Below are positions 52,297 to 52,995 of a stretch of 52,995 nt of DNA, piece by piece. The stretch's first letter is position 1; every line of letters begins with the position of its first letter. The notes under the pieces are model-generated. The model ran no database searches and was not told the DNA's origin. It saw nothing but the letters and a program-made list of their open reading frames with translations. A program made the translations under genes and the position numbers. Origin of the DNA: an uncultured Bacteroidales bacterium (lineage in GTDB: Bacteria > Bacteroidota > Bacteroidia > Bacteroidales > JAADJA01); the NCBI GenBank assembly GCA_964386225.1, contig CAYLTG010000005.1:1512-54506 (forward strand). The letters are read 5' to 3'.

Positions 52297-52829
52297 CTAT
52301 TTGAGGTCGATGGTCTTGCCCGGCCTCAGCGTGAGGGAACAGACGTGCGCGATCGCTTTCACCACCCGGAAAGCATCCGCCAGCGATTCATCACAGATGA
52401 GGAGGGTAATCCCGGTACCTGCATCCCAGTTTAAATATTCAATCCCGGTGAGCTTGCGGACGGCATGTTCAAGGCCTCTTTTCCTCAAATAGCAGTTTCC
52501 TGATGCCGGGAAATGGATTTCGATGGAGCTCTCCAGCCCTTGGAACAGTTTGCTGAGGATGAATGTCGAGAGGATCTTTCCAGGCAGCCACTCATCATAG
52601 CATTCGTTTCTTGAAGGGTTATCTGCCAGAAATAATTGAACGAGCAGACTGCGGTGCATTCAAGGGATAGCAAGATAGCGGAATTATCGGGATGTATGTC
52701 CGAAATAATCCGGAATATGCCGTTGGGGCATGTGTACGAAGATTGCAGTGTGTGGATCACGCTTTCCTCCGACACGCTCGTGAATTCAGCAAGGCCTTGT
52801 TTTGACACCCGGATGGAGCCCCCATTCAT
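52297..52829 (-). pseudogene. Hypothetical gene apparently broken by a frameshift near 52660 (two overlapping minus-strand ORFs, 52485-52829 and 52297-52659)
   Basis: The upstream frame reads protein-like up to ...GIFRIISDIHPDNSAILLSLE and then turns into Ser/Cys-rich junk. The second frame starts right after a TGA (TGA ATG CAC) and reads protein-like to the stop: LPGKILSTFILSKLFQGLESSIEIHF...GITLLICDESLADAFRVVKAIAHV. The upstream frame is also open all the way to the right edge. No family recognised. Confidence 0.3.
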
Positions 52830-52995
52830 GGTGATTTTACCCCTGAGTCTGATCGGTCCGTCTGCGATCTGGGAAGTCCTGATACAGGATTCAATCTTTT
52901 GGTCCCCGGTCCTTCCCTTTGCGCTTTTCCTTTTCCTGGTGTTTTTCCTCCTTCTTCTCCTCCCGTGCCTCCTGCCGCTCCTCCTTCTTGTTCTT

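Noticed and set aside
52891-52995. Lys/Glu-rich partial ORF at the right edge, as the C-terminus of an upstream gene
   Set aside because: Not reported as a feature because a second frame is equally open over the same bases and connects to the downstream protein-like ORF. The purine-rich simple sequence keeps several frames open, so the correct frame cannot be decided without sequence beyond the edge.

Overview
This is a GC-rich window with strong GC3 bias. It reads like Bacteroidota/FCB-group chromosomal DNA: there are several T9SS type-A C-terminal sorting domains, a CarboxypepD_reg-type TonB-dependent receptor, and TAnnTTTG -7 boxes in the AT-rich intergenic gaps. I can support about 36 protein-coding genes plus two decayed loci. 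I see no rRNA, tRNA, CRISPR array, transposase or integrase. The left ~25 kb is a secretome and outer-membrane region. It holds an M4 protease fragment, a TPR/PD40 protein, a T9SS CotH protein, a CARDB/GEVED protein, a beta-helix protein, a sortilin/BNR protein, a TonB receptor, a porin, an apparently exported glutaminase, and SIMPL, DUF2202 and metallophosphoesterase proteins. The most interesting part is a tightly packed + strand cluster at 25.5-46.4 kb. It encodes six exported BamB/PQQ-like beta-propeller paralogs and one NHL propeller. Interleaved with these are a Tat-signal Cys4 miniprotein, a Tat-signal NapG-like polyferredoxin, a NapH-like polytopic Fe-S membrane protein, a NuoE-NuoF fusion flavoprotein and a 2Fe-2S/GltD-like flavoprotein. 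A GT4 glycosyltransferase and a LolD/FtsX-type ABC exporter follow. No recognisable catalytic terminal enzyme (molybdopterin, copper or haem) is present, so the function of this module is open. To the right lie an acyl-CoA ligase with its own promoter, a PurF-like gene lacking the Cys1 nucleophile, a frame-broken cytochrome c peroxidase relic, a lipoprotein gene with a clean bidirectional terminator, and an AT-richer terminal kilobase with a frame-broken ORF. All functional calls rest on motifs I recognise by eye in the supplied translations; no database search was run.
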